Translations under genes and position numbers: made by a program
Notes under the pieces: generated by a model
What the model was told of the DNA's origin: nothing
The model's database searches: none
The model's input: the letters and a program-made list of their open reading frames with translations, nothing else
From: Basidiobolus meristosporus CBS 931.73
Taxonomy: Eukaryota > Fungi > Basidiobolomycota
Direction: 5' to 3'
DNA length: 64,000 bases
Assembly: GCA_002104905.1 (NCBI GenBank)
Contig: MCFE01000013.1
Span: forward strand, 186,001 to 250,000
Part shown: positions 12,408-24,091 of the stretch, piece by piece
Numbering within the stretch: position 1 is the first letter of the stretch
Layout of the letters: every line of letters starts with the position of its first letter

Positions 12408-13559
12408 ATGGATCTACCTTTATCAGGAATGCAAGGAACTCCTTTCTTTGATGGAACTAAAGTTAAAGCTTTCATCAAGAGGTGGGAGCTTTTCTGCAGA
12501 GCCCACAAAATACCTGAGGCCATTATGGCTGAAGAGATGCCCCCCTACAGCACTGATGAGATCATGCTCTCATTATATGAAAGAAATGATCTGCTGACAA
12601 ATTGGACCCTCTTGAAGAGCTACTTGATTGATGAATATGGAGAGAGACAAGTTGACTACACACTTCAAGACTTGGAGAACTTTGCTTATAGCAAGTTTAA
12701 GCTGCTACCATTGAAAGAATACTTGAGTGGCCTTGAGCAAATTGGAGAGTCACTGAAAGCCCAAGGCATTATCACTGATCTGACTTTATCTGCCTATCTG
12801 CTCAGAGCACTACCAGAAGGCCTGGTGAGAAGGATTGAAAACAATCCTACTGTGAAAGCAATGAGTTCACTGCCTGCATTTCAGTTAGCTAAGCAGATTC
12901 TACTTGCCCCTGAAGAAACCTCACCAATCAGAAAGCTTCTTTCAAGCCCAGAACAAAACCAAGATAGCCAACACATACTTAATCCCAGCAATCAAAGCAC
13001 CCAAATTCAGGAGCTGACACAGCAACTAGAGAAACTCTCTTTGCTACTTTCCAGCAAAGCTTATGGTCAGAAGCCAGTAAAGAGAGTAGTCAAATATACA
13101 TGCATGTGGTGTGACTCTGCCAACTATTCCAAGAGAAATTGGCAAGAGCTTCAGTCATTACTATCCACAGGTGATGTCCTATATAGTCCTCAGGGATACA
13201 TAGTCAGTAAGCATGGTGACAAATTATCCACAGCATTTGGACAAGGAGGAATGAGAGTTCACTACAAGCAAGTCACCTCTCATACAAGAAAGGTTCACCT
13301 CCATGAAGAAGAAGATCCTGACTACTTTGATCCAGCTGAAGTTCTGAACTTTGACTATGAGGACCCCAGAGAGGCCCAAGATCATATAGCTTCAATTTAT
13401 GCTTCAAAGAGACACCATTCTGAAAAAATGGCTAATCCAGGCCCACCAACAAAAGTACCAAGATGTGAGCCAGAAGTTGTGATTGAGAAGAAAGCATCAC
13501 CCCCATTAATTTACAAGAGTCTACCAAGGCCAACAACTACCACATGCAGCCTAGAGTAA
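12408..13559 (+). CDS. gag: Gag-like protein of fungal-type Gypsy element (383 aa, open)
   Basis: Starts just after the PBS; PFFDGTKVKAFIKRWE capsid-like motif; degenerate knuckle CMWCDSANYSKRNW. Confidence 0.75.
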   Translation: MDLPLSGMQGTPFFDGTKVKAFIKRWELFCRAHKIPEAIMAEEMPPYSTDEIMLSLYERNDLLTNWTLLKSYLIDEYGERQVDYTLQDLENFAYSKFKLLPLKEYLSGLEQIGESLKAQGIITDLTLSAYLLRALPEGLVRRIENNPTVKAMSSLPAFQLAKQILLAPEETSPIRKLLSSPEQNQDSQHILNPSNQSTQIQELTQQLEKLSLLLSSKAYGQKPVKRVVKYTCMWCDSANYSKRNWQELQSLLSTGDVLYSPQGYIVSKHGDKLSTAFGQGGMRVHYKQVTSHTRKVHLHEEEDPDYFDPAEVLNFDYEDPREAQDHIASIYASKRHHSEKMANPGPPTKVPRCEPEVVIEKKASPPLIYKSLPRPTTTTCSLE

Positions 13560-13845
13560 AGCAAAATGGTATCCCAGAGGCTCTGACAAGTCATATACTA
13601 GGAAGCAACATATCAATCAAGGTTGGAGAGCTACTCAGTGTATCACCATCTGTAAGAAAGACTCTGGATGAGCATATCAGAATAAGAAAGCATCCAATTG
13701 AATCAACTCAAGGCAACCAGGTCAGGACAGTTCAAGGAAGCCAAAATATCAGTAAGCTGCATCAAAGCCAGAAACACTACTACTCAGTGGCAACTGCAAC
13801 AACTACAGGAACTGTGCATAATCAAGAAATTCTATGCATGATGGG
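13544..13845 (+). pseudogene. Gag C-terminal (DUF4100-like) segment and start of aspartic protease
   Basis: ILGSNISIKVGELLSVSP..R resembles the DUF4100-type motif of fungal Gypsy elements; truncated just before the expected D-x-G. Confidence 0.55.
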
Positions 13846-15210
13846 GGGTAGGATGGGGGTATCACAATAAAAAGCATAAAGTTGAGGTGATAGAAGTGTG
13901 TCAATTGCAGCAGGTGTGCACATATGCAGAGGTTGGTTAGCAGGAGGCCATAGTTTTTTTTGATATAAATTATATGAGGAACTCCTACAAAAGTAGTAGA
14001 CTTGTTTTGTTGGATAGTGCCATATTAAGCCATGAGTGCCAAATAGTGCCATTGTGTGCCTGAGAGGCATAGCAGACCTAAGCTTGGGAATGAAGTGTGA
14101 AACAAAGCTCTGCATCTTCATGCAAAGTAGCCCCTGTGTTTCACCCATCATGCTGGAGAATATCCATTTTTTGGCCTTTTTTTTGAATCAATGTTGTGCA
14201 GGATGTGTAAGAGCACAGAAGGACTGAAGATGTACATCTGGTACTTAACACCCATGGCACTTGAAATCCAGCCCCTGCGGCTCATATCATGTCACAAAAA
14301 TGCTGGGTAGTAGCTTGGTCCATTAGTACTCTCTGGCACTATATTTAATTAGTGGCCCTAAAGTAAAACCTATACAAAGCACTTATTGTGCTGGATAGTA
14401 CCAGTGGACCAAGATAGTGCCATGCACTTTTGCAACATGATACAAGCCACAGGAGCTGGATTCCAAGTGTCATGTGTATTAGGTACCAGATGTACCTCTT
14501 CAGTTCTTCTGTGCTCTTACACATCCTGTACAACATTGATCCAAAAAAAGGTCAAAAAATGGATTTTCTCCAGCACAATGGGTGAAACACAGGGGCAGCT
14601 TTGCATGAAGATAAAGAGCTATGTTTCACACTCTGTGGCCAAGCATAGGCTCACTTGGCCTCCCTGGCACACCATGGCATCATTTGGCACCCATGGCTCC
14701 ATGTGCACTATGTAATGGAATGAATCTATTGGGTAAGCAAATAAATAGGGGTGATTCTACCATGGACTACACAATTGGTGCAAGGGGGGTAGAAAAAGAA
14801 AACACCTTTTGGTAAATTGGTATGGCAGCATAATATGGCACTAGCTGTAGGCCACTGTATTGCCAATATAATTCTGGCAGAGGTGAGAAATGAGGCCATC
14901 AAATCACTGTCAAGTTTTTACTACATCAGGCAATTGGATATATTAGCTTGCTAGGTCCACCTGAATAAATCTAGAGTGCATTAAGACTGTTGAAATGCTA
15001 TGCAGGTACTTGTTAAAAGACCACCAAAACACAGTCAGGTTTTATACTTTATTTGCCAGTAAATTCAGCAAAATGCCATTACAATCCCATCATAAGATTG
15101 TGTGGAGGGTCAATAATTTCAAGCTGTTGGCATTTTGACCAACTCATGGCAGCATCCTGACAGATGATCCAGATTGGATCCACCTACAGGACTAGACAAT
15201 TTTTCATTGG
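13846..15210 (+). mobile_element. CACTA fragment: transposase 3' end and transposase-side terminus
   Basis: Homologous to 22860-23420 and 26850-27427; ends ..CAATTTTTCATTGG. Confidence 0.75.
13998..14727. mobile_element. Fold-back MITE (730 bp), complete, arms diverged
   Basis: AGACTTG..GAATCT termini, TSD AGT/ATT, CACTA sequence collinear across it. Confidence 0.88.
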
Positions 15211-16795
15211 TTCCCTGAGGTATCCAGTTGTGCTAGATTAATGAGTAGTGCCCAAACATTTGTATGAAGGCTCATCATCAACACCTGTACCATACTGAAA
15301 TCATTTGGCAAGAACTTAAGCCAATCTGACATTGTCTTCTCCAGTCCAGACTGTGCTAATGAGCTGGGGGATGAGTTTTGTATGAGTTATACTGAAGATA
15401 AATTGGGACTTGGTATAGGGACCATAGTGACAGATATGGATACTTTTACAGTGATACATTGGCATTAACCTGGGCTTACAGGAGATCTATATTAAAACGA
15501 ATGTGATTGTTGAACTTCCCATATATTATGCATGATGCATCTTGGATCACATTGACACAGATCAGATCACATCAGTTGCAGATTTCCTATTTGATAATAG
15601 ACTTGCTAGTAAATCATCAATAAAATAATCAAGTCATTGTTTGAGAACAATATTTGCAACATAATGATGAGAGACATGGCAATTAATGGAGATTAATCAT
15701 AATTGATGGAAAATTAGATAAATTGGACTGATTGTGCCAAATCAGCTTAAATTGCACCTGTTTGATCACTCACCAATCTTAATATGACTTCCTCATCTAT
15801 ATTTTCATTTCTCATTGGTCCCACCACTACCAGTGGATTTCCTTTTGACATGTTAGAGGAGATCCATACCAAGTACTGTGGCCCATCTATCCCATTATAC
15901 TCAAGGAGATCCCCTGTTAAGCATCTCTGCTATTACAAGAACTATTGCCCTGTAAGGTTCCAACCCATTATCCATGGCAACAAAAGTCCTAGAAGGTTCA
16001 TTCTCAGCTGACAGCAATGGAGAGACACCTTGCAAAGGGTATGAATGATTTAGTTTTGAATATTGAGAAGCTCCAATTGACTTCCATATCCCAGAGTGTT
16101 CAGTAATAGGTTATATATCAATAGTGTCTTAGATATATTCCCAGTTAGGACTAATAGACCTTCCAGAGGGTAGAGGCACTTTTATTCTGGCAAATACAAA
16201 GCATATGGTATGAAGTTCAAAGCACTCTCTGACATTGGGGTAACATCATCTAATTTGGTGGGTCATTTGCTGGAAGTGAGCATAACAAAACACTCAGGAT
16301 AGAGAAGCATCTAGAATTCAGTAAAGGGGAGAAATGTATGGCAGACTTAGCTTTTATAGGGGAGGATTGTCAGAGATTAGGATATATTACAGCCTATAGC
16401 AAGCCAAGATATGGTGTGCCTAGCAGGAAACAGAAGCTCTACAATGAGATATTCAATCATTAAAGAGTGAGAGTAGAGTATACATATGGATATCTGTAGA
16501 GATTCAGCAATTTTGCAAGTGAATACAGAGGAAAGTCATATCCAGGAGAGAGCAGCAGAATAGGTAAATTACCTAAAATACTTATAAATGCATGATATAC
16601 TCCTACAAGACAACATTCAATGAGAGGAATGTGTTTGGAGCATCATAGAAAGTAGTAAAGCAAGAAAAAAACTATTCTGAGCAACATAAGTAAGACTGGA
16701 CAAAGCCACCAGTAGCTATATCCTACCGCTGGCATGATGGTAGAAATTATAGTGCCAGATGGTGCCGCCAGATCAATCTGGCACTATTTAACAGG
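15211..16795 (+). pseudogene. PHIS (Pangu-like) fragment with degraded DDE_Tnp_4 transposase (~15780-16650)
   Basis: Homologous to the reverse complement of ~48230-50560; HFYSGKYK, MADL and YNEIFNH motifs readable. Confidence 0.85.
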
Positions 16796-17611
16796 ACAAG
16801 CCAATTATTATTATCCAAACACCAACACTAAGAGCATCATCTTGCCAAGAAGATAATGTACAGAAGTCAGCATGCAGTTGCAGCAAAGTTGGCAAGCTAT
16901 AGCCCATTGGTTGGAATATGGAATCAATTGGAAATGTGAGATATTTGAAATAGTGGGTACCAGTTAGAGTAAAAGCTTTCCACAGTAAGCAATGCATTTG
17001 CTTTCAAAAGTATCCCTATATAAGCCATCAAGTTGAACTTATGGCATTTCAAGCTAAATGAGCCCTTCAAGATACTGGAGAAACTTGAAATTTGGCAATA
17101 TTGTGCATAGTATCCGCAACTCAAAGTACTACTTATAGACTCCCATCAACATTCATATGCATATATAGCAATCAAATGCTAGGACTTGATGAACTGGACA
17201 TGCATTTATTCACATGGCCTTCTGAAGCCATCTCTACTAAGAGTACATTGGAAGCATTGGGAGTCATATATGGACATTGTAGGAGTACTTATCCAGAAGT
17301 GGGCAACCAATGCCAACCTGAGACATCTGCAGATTTTATGCATGGAAACTGTCATTGGATTTGAGGGACTATTCTACAATCATAAAGCTAAATGCATAGA
17401 TCTCTGCCACAATATCATGCATTCTCCACTCCATCTTGCTGGGTGTGTGGAGAATATTGGGCCTTGCTTTATCTTCTGGAGTTTCCAATAGTGTGGATAT
17501 GCGGAGAGATAGGAAGACAAGTCAAGTTGCAGGTATTAGCTTATCCCAATCTCATCCAGAATATAACCTACAAGTTAATCATGGATGTGATGAGTTGGCA
17601 CATAGAGGGTA

Positions 17612-20600
17612 CTCTATGAAAAGTTATTGTGATGATCCTGTCAAAAGGCCATCACAAATTTAAAGTCCCTTTACTAAGAGGTACTGATCCTGTCAGGACA
17701 CCATCTGAAGACTGTATAAAAATAATTGCACCCCAGATATCACAAAAACTTGGTCAAGATTTCTCATCACAGCAATATATAAGTGGCTTTTGATTGGCTC
17801 CCTGCCAATTTGCTCACCTTGTGATCCCAGACACTCTAGCACCTTCTACATTTGTGTCAATTGATTGGCTAATGCCTCTTTTCACACTCCTTACTTCCTG
17901 ACTCAGCCATTTCTCTTACTTCTCATGTGTACAAATTGATTTATTTCCATAGAAGCTTTAGTTGTGCCTCAGTTGCCAAGTGTATTGACTTATATAAGTC
18001 CCTACACCCTACACTAACTTTAAGACTAACTCCACACTCAGCAAGTAACTCCATCAAAGTCCACCACTCAATAAGTATTTCTGCTGTAATGCCCTGGTTC
18101 CACAACTTTTGCAGGAACCCAATGACTTTATGCTACTGTTCATTCACTGGTTCCCACACATTGTGGTCTTTGGCCTGCATGGCAAGGTCCAGCATGTCAT
18201 CTGCCAGTCCTTGCAGTAAATCCTTGCAATATTCAAGTGCATCTTCTTAAGCACTGCTCTCAAAGAAGTGCTGCAACCCCTTGGCATGGCTATTAATGTT
18301 CCAAAATTCCACTGAAGGCATCATCATAGTCTTTCAAGTTCTTGACAATGTTGACTTGTCAGTCAGTGGGATTTCCACTCTGTCCACAATGGAGGACATG
18401 GATGCTGTGGTGGATGCATTGCCTTTTTCTGCAAACTCATCTACCTCACAGGACTGTAGCTCAACTGGCTGTGCTTACAACTCTTGTGAATGCAGCTGCT
18501 TTCTTGTTGGTAACTATTCTTGGCTATGATGGGATTCACTCTGTTCTAGGCTTGTGGCATTAATTGGCAAGAAATACATATTTTTTGCATGCTTCCTATC
18601 TCTGGCATGGGTAGACATTTCTCCCTTTGCTTTTCCTTTATCACTGCCAGGTCTTTCACTGCTACATTGTTCAAGTACTTCTTGTAATGAACTACATGAT
18701 AAATTCTGCACTGATGCATCTGTTTTGGCCTGCTTGTCCCTTGCTGGCACTATTCTGGCAGCCTGATGTTTTTTTTCCCCTTGTTTTCAGCTCTCAACCA
18801 TAGTTGTGATGGGCTCCTGTAAAAGCCACTGATATTGATCACTGCCAGGTCTTCCACTGCTACTTACAGGTCTTCAACTGAGGGTACTGTGCTTGCTACA
18901 TCTTTATCTGCCTGAACATAATGGTCAGCTTGCGGCTCCGCAGAGGTTCTCAATTGCCTACTTGACTGACAGCCTGAGGAGTCCACATTATTACCTTCAG
19001 TGGGCCCATTGTCAACATGGTCTTTTTTAGATGTAGCCCTGCTTTTTGCACAGAATGCCAAAGCAATCTGTTGTCTAACTGTTTGTCTGCTGCAGTCAGC
19101 AGTGGGGCTTGGTTGGGAGCCAGACAACTTTGCTTTATTTTTTGGTGGCATATAAATGGAAGTGAGCCAAACCAAAGGGGAAATAGTGTCACATATACAT
19201 ATGTATATGATGCTGCAACTTTATTTATAATGCTTACTAAGGAGGGTAATTATTGAATCTTATATTCATGTAGGTGCAATGTCTCAAATACAAGATTATC
19301 TTGAATTTGCATGAGTTTTGACCAAAAAGTGATATAATAGTGTTAAGCTGTTGAAGGTCAACTTTTTGCCCCATAGACAAGACTACTTTGATTCAACACT
19401 GTAAGAGAAGAGAAAAAAGACCATGTGGCTATTGTACCAAGCCACTCAATTGTTAAGCATGCAGACAGCATAGGAATTTTATCAATAATCATGGTCAGTG
19501 TTTTGCCAAACATATCCTAATTGATCATTTACCAGTCACTAATGTACCAAAATTATCTTGCCAGCCAGTTGATGCTTAAATATCAGCACCTGGCCATCTT
19601 TATCACCATGCACAAGCTGAGTTTAGTGAGTTTGTGATGCCTGTAAGCTCACCTCAGCCTTCTAAATATGGCCAGCCAAGTGATAGCTCTGACAAAGAAG
19701 GTTTGCTGATGGATTGTGAGCCTATCTCCCCTAACAACAGTACCATGCATAAGCCTGGTCAAATCCCAATATGCAATGAGACAACACCTGTTGAAACAAA
19801 TGCCAAGTGTATTTTATGGAGCCAAGTGAGCCCAGTAATCCATCTACTAGTGAATGATGTAGTGTTGTGGCCAGAGAAGTGGCACATTTCCACTGATATC
19901 AGTAATGGGGGCTTTGAGGATTAATTGCTACTTCTTGCCAAAATCATTCCCAGATGCAACTTACCATTTACATGGTACAAGTGGACAACCACAATGTGGC
20001 TGGCAACATATGACCCAGACACTTTCCTGAATCCAGTATGTGTTGACAGTTGCATGGCATTCCCATCCAAAAAGCCGCCATTTCAGCATGTCCAAACTTT
20101 CAGTACTCTACCACCATTGTGGGAATACATTGTTCACACTCCAGATACATTCCAGTAATAACCTGTCTAAAGAAGCTAATGAAGTCCAACAAATATTGCA
20201 AAGCTATAGAGTACCACACTCAGTATCAATCAAGTGCAAACATACTCAATACATTCAATGGCAAACATTACAAATAGTTAAGAAGCATGGTCTACTTTGA
20301 ATGTATGTATGATCAGGCCTTTGCCTTAGCACTTGATGGATTCTCATTAAACAAGTACTCTACCAGCAAATCCTGCAGGCCACTGATTCTCATCTACCTG
20401 AATCTGCCACCCATCTTACAGTGTCAGTGCAAAGATTTAATGATGGCCTCACAGGTATCTGGGTTGAAATCACCATCCAACCTGAATAGCTACCTGTATC
20501 CATTGCTAGATGAGTTTTGCATGCTTTCCAACAGGATAACAGTAAATGGCTGTCATGTAAGGGAACATACAGAAGTCAGCATGTAATTGCAGCAAAGTTG

Positions 20601-23423
20601 GCAGGCTATAAGCCATTGGCCAGAAAATGGAATCAATTAGAAACTGGAGACACTTAAGATATATGGTATCTAATGGAGCAAAAGCTTTCCACTGGGAGCA
20701 TTTCATTTGCTTTTCAACAATATCCCTATACTGATGACCAAGTTGTACATGGGGCATTTCAAGCTAAATGAACCCTTTGAGATACCAGAAAGATTTGAAA
20801 GAATTGTCAAGATATTACAGAGTATCCTCCCCCAAGTACTTCTCTTGGGCTCCAAGCAATATATATATGCAGATACAACAATACAAATGCAAAGACTGGA
20901 TGAACTGGATATGTACTTATTCAAGTGGCATTCTGAAGCTGCTGTGGTGGTGTACAGGTCCAAGGGAGAGATACATCCAACACTTCTCAAGTGTTTTGTG
21001 TGTGGGGTGTTCACTTGGTGCAGTAACCTCTAGCAAAAGCTTGCTAGGAATAGTTTGGTTCTGTCTCTAATCTAATGTGAATGGGAATAAAGCCACAAGC
21101 TTGTCAAGGGAAAACTATTGAGCAACAATCCCCATCTTAGCTGGTGTCTTAACAAAAGTATGTGTTGGGCTCAGTGTCCTTTGAGATGACAATGTACTAA
21201 AGCTTCCAAAGCCAAAACAATTGTAAACTCCACCGGCAGGGACTTGATAAGAATGCAGCTGTGGTCAATAGTTATAAAGACAGAAAAGTACCTTTGCCAG
21301 TACAAGAACAAATTTGAGAAAGAATCAAATATAATCAAAGATACCTACGCTGAGTATTCCTCACAAGTAGTGCCTCCAAGGTCAGTTGGCTGTCAGCACA
21401 GTTTCCTGGGAGTGTCATGTGGTCTGGGGTTGGAAGTTCAGGTAGCAGTAGGTAGCAGTGTTCAAACTAATCAACAAGTTGATATATTGATAAAAGGAAT
21501 GATGATTTATTTTGGAGGGATTGCCTCCCTTATATACTTTTCTCACTAGCTAGGTGATTACTAATCATGGTGTTCCAGAAGGTTCCAGAGATTAATAGAA
21601 ATCTTAATGACATCAGAATGAGCTAAGAGTATTCTAAGTAGGTGCTGCAAGGTTCTAAGAGACACAGAACATCCAACCAATCAGGAATCAGTAATCTGAA
21701 ACCTGTGTAACATAGGGATACCATATATGGTATGGGAATGGTAGGGATGGTGACACAGGTTGATCATGTGTCACAGGTACTGGTGCAGGTACTTGCCTAA
21801 TATAGAAGCACTTACTACTAGTAATCTTACATAAAGTGGAGGGTAACTTATGCAATAAGGTAAGCAGTTGTGATAGTCAAGTGGCTTATGGGATAGTACT
21901 GATCAGGTAAGACAAATGGGATAAAACTGAAATAAGTGTCGTAGAGAAATAGGGAAGTAGAAAATATGAGAATGACCACATTTGTCAGTGGGTGTCACTG
22001 TGACCCCACTACACCATTCCTACCAAGAGTACATTGCAAGCATTGGGAGTCATTTGTGGACATTGTAGGAATATTTATCCAGAAATGAATCTCCAACGCC
22101 AACTTGATGCATCTATAGCTGATGTGTGAGGAGTTTGTAACAGGATTTGAGCAGCTATAATACAAACATAAAGCTGAACATGTAGATCTCTGCTGCTGCT
22201 GTATCTATACTCTACTCAATCTTGCTGAAAGTGTAGAGATATTGAGCCTTGTTTCACCATTTGGGAGTTTTCTATGGAGCAGATGTGTGGGGAGATAGGA
22301 AGACATGTCAAATTGCAGGGACTACCATATCCCAATCTCATCAAGAATATAACCTTCAAGTCTGTCATGGATGTTATGAGTTGGTGCATGGAGGACAGCC
22401 AGGACAAGTCAGAAAATACTTAGAACAGATGTGCACATGGAGAAACCTATGCCTATGTCATTAAGAAGCTAAGCAGCCCCAAAAGATGGATAATCAGTCA
22501 AGTAATCCAAAGTTGGGTTGGGTGCAACATTCAATTAATTTTTATTAGGAGCTCTCTACCATTTTATGCTGGATTTCTTATGGCAACAAGCCAACTTCTA
22601 CATCATTTAATATGTAATTTACACAAATAAGAGCCAGAGCGTACCTATAAGTGGGACTAGAATCTGGTTGGGAGAAGGAATATATTGGCTAAGTACCAAG
22701 AAGTTCTTTGCTGATATTCAGGAGGCATTCATGGCAGAAGTGGCAACAACCAAGCATATGTTTGCAAGATGTATATGTTACCAGCAGTACAAGGTATATG
22801 GCAACTTTGCAAGTATCACACTAAAAAGCCGTCAAGTTGAGGTTATAGTAGTTTGCCATTTGCAGCAGGTGTGCATGTTGGTAGAAGTTGGTAAGCAGGA
22901 GGCCATAGTGTTTTTTGATTCCAGCTGTATGTGGAATACCCAAGGTAGTAGAGGGTGAGCAAATAAAGAGGGGTGATTCTACAGTGGAATATATGAATTG
23001 CACAAGGGAAGGTAGAAAAAGAAAATACTATTTGGTAAATTGGTACGGTAGCTCATATTGAACCAACTGTAGGTTGCCATACTGTCTTAATAATGCCTTA
23101 AGATTCTTGCTGTGAGGCCACTGATAAACCATCAAGTTTTTTGCCATGTAAGGCAATTGGATGTCCTGGCTGGTTAGATCCATTTAAAATTGTTTTAGAG
23201 CACTACAAGACTACAAAAATGCCATTCAATTATTGTCACAGCACCAATCAAGCCCTGTCAAGTGGCATAACTTTGTTTGGCAGTAAAATCAGTAATATGC
23301 CATCATGATCCCATCATATGATTGTCAACAGAGTCACTATTTCCAAGCTGCTAGTATTATGACAGTCTCCAAGCAAAATCCTGACAGCTGATCAACAATG
23401 GTTCCTCCCACAGGACCAAAGGG
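17612..23423 (+). mobile_element. Near-complete degraded CACTA element (accessory ORF on minus ~19175-17900; transposase on plus ~19330-23000)
   Basis: CTCTATGAAAAG left terminus, partly deleted right terminus ending GGG, 3-bp flanks GTA/ATA; Transposase_21-type ALDGF and MHLLFNNIP motifs. Confidence 0.85.
20943..22013 (-). mobile_element. Gypsy B solo LTR (1071 bp)
   Basis: TGTAGTGGGG..CACCACA on the minus strand; 4-bp flanks CTGC/CCAT; CACTA transposase collinear across it. Confidence 0.9.
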
Positions 23424-24091
23424 ATAGCCAGAAACAGTTGGAAAATACTAAGGACAGATGGGCACATGGAGAAACCTATGCCCTTTGCATAAAGAGGCTA
23501 GGCAGCCCCAGTGTGTGTATAATCAGTAGAGTAATGCAAAGTTGGGCTGGGTGCTACAGGTAAATGATTTTTGATAGGAAACTCTACCAAGGTACGCCAG
23601 ATTTTTCTCCATCACAAGCCATTTTTCACACCATTCAGTACAGAATTCACACAAGCAAGAGCCAAAGCACAGATATAAGGGGGACATGAATCCAGCAGGG
23701 AGAAGGAAAACTCTGGTACAACACAAAGAACTTCATTCCATATAGTCAGGAGGTATCCATTAGAAAAGTTGGCAGCAACCAAGCATATGCTTGCAAGATG
23801 TATGTGTCACCAGTAGTATAGCGTAAAAGACAACTTTGCAAGTATCACACCAAAAAGCCATAAAGTTGATGTAATAGAAATGTGTCAATCGCAGCAGGTG
23901 TGTGCATTTGAGGAGGTCAGTAAGCAGGAGGCCATAGTTTTTTTTGATACAAACTATGTGGAATATCCTAGGCTGTAGTGGGTAAGCAAATAAAGAAAGG
24001 TGATTCTACAATGGCAGTAGTTGATGGGCAATAAAGGGGAGGTAGAAAAAGGAAATACCATCTGGTATATTGGTACAATAGTCTCATACAG

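Larger units (their letters stand above)
11530..13845 (+). mobile_element. Gypsy family B, 3'-truncated (5' LTR + PBS + gag + start of protease)
   Basis: LTR 11530-12333 (TG..ACCACCACA) shares its core with the ~1.07-kb solo LTRs; followed by a PBS and a long ORF; cut by CACTA sequence at ~13846. Confidence 0.88.
16796..24091 (+). mobile_element. Outer CACTA transposase fragment (16796-17611 + 23424-24091) split by another CACTA copy
   Basis: DUF4218-type sequence (..SWHMEDSQ..) is collinear across the 17612-23423 insert. Confidence 0.75.

Noticed and set aside
13544-13559. Possible programmed frameshift between Gypsy B gag and the downstream ORF
   Set aside because: No slippery heptamer is visible and there is only one, decayed copy; a simple indel is equally likely.
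21244-21549. Recurrent ~100-aa ORF MIRMQLWSIV.. (also 51661 and 58739) as a gene
   Set aside because: It is antisense within the same LTR family and stop positions vary between copies; recurrence reflects the repeat, not coding constraint.
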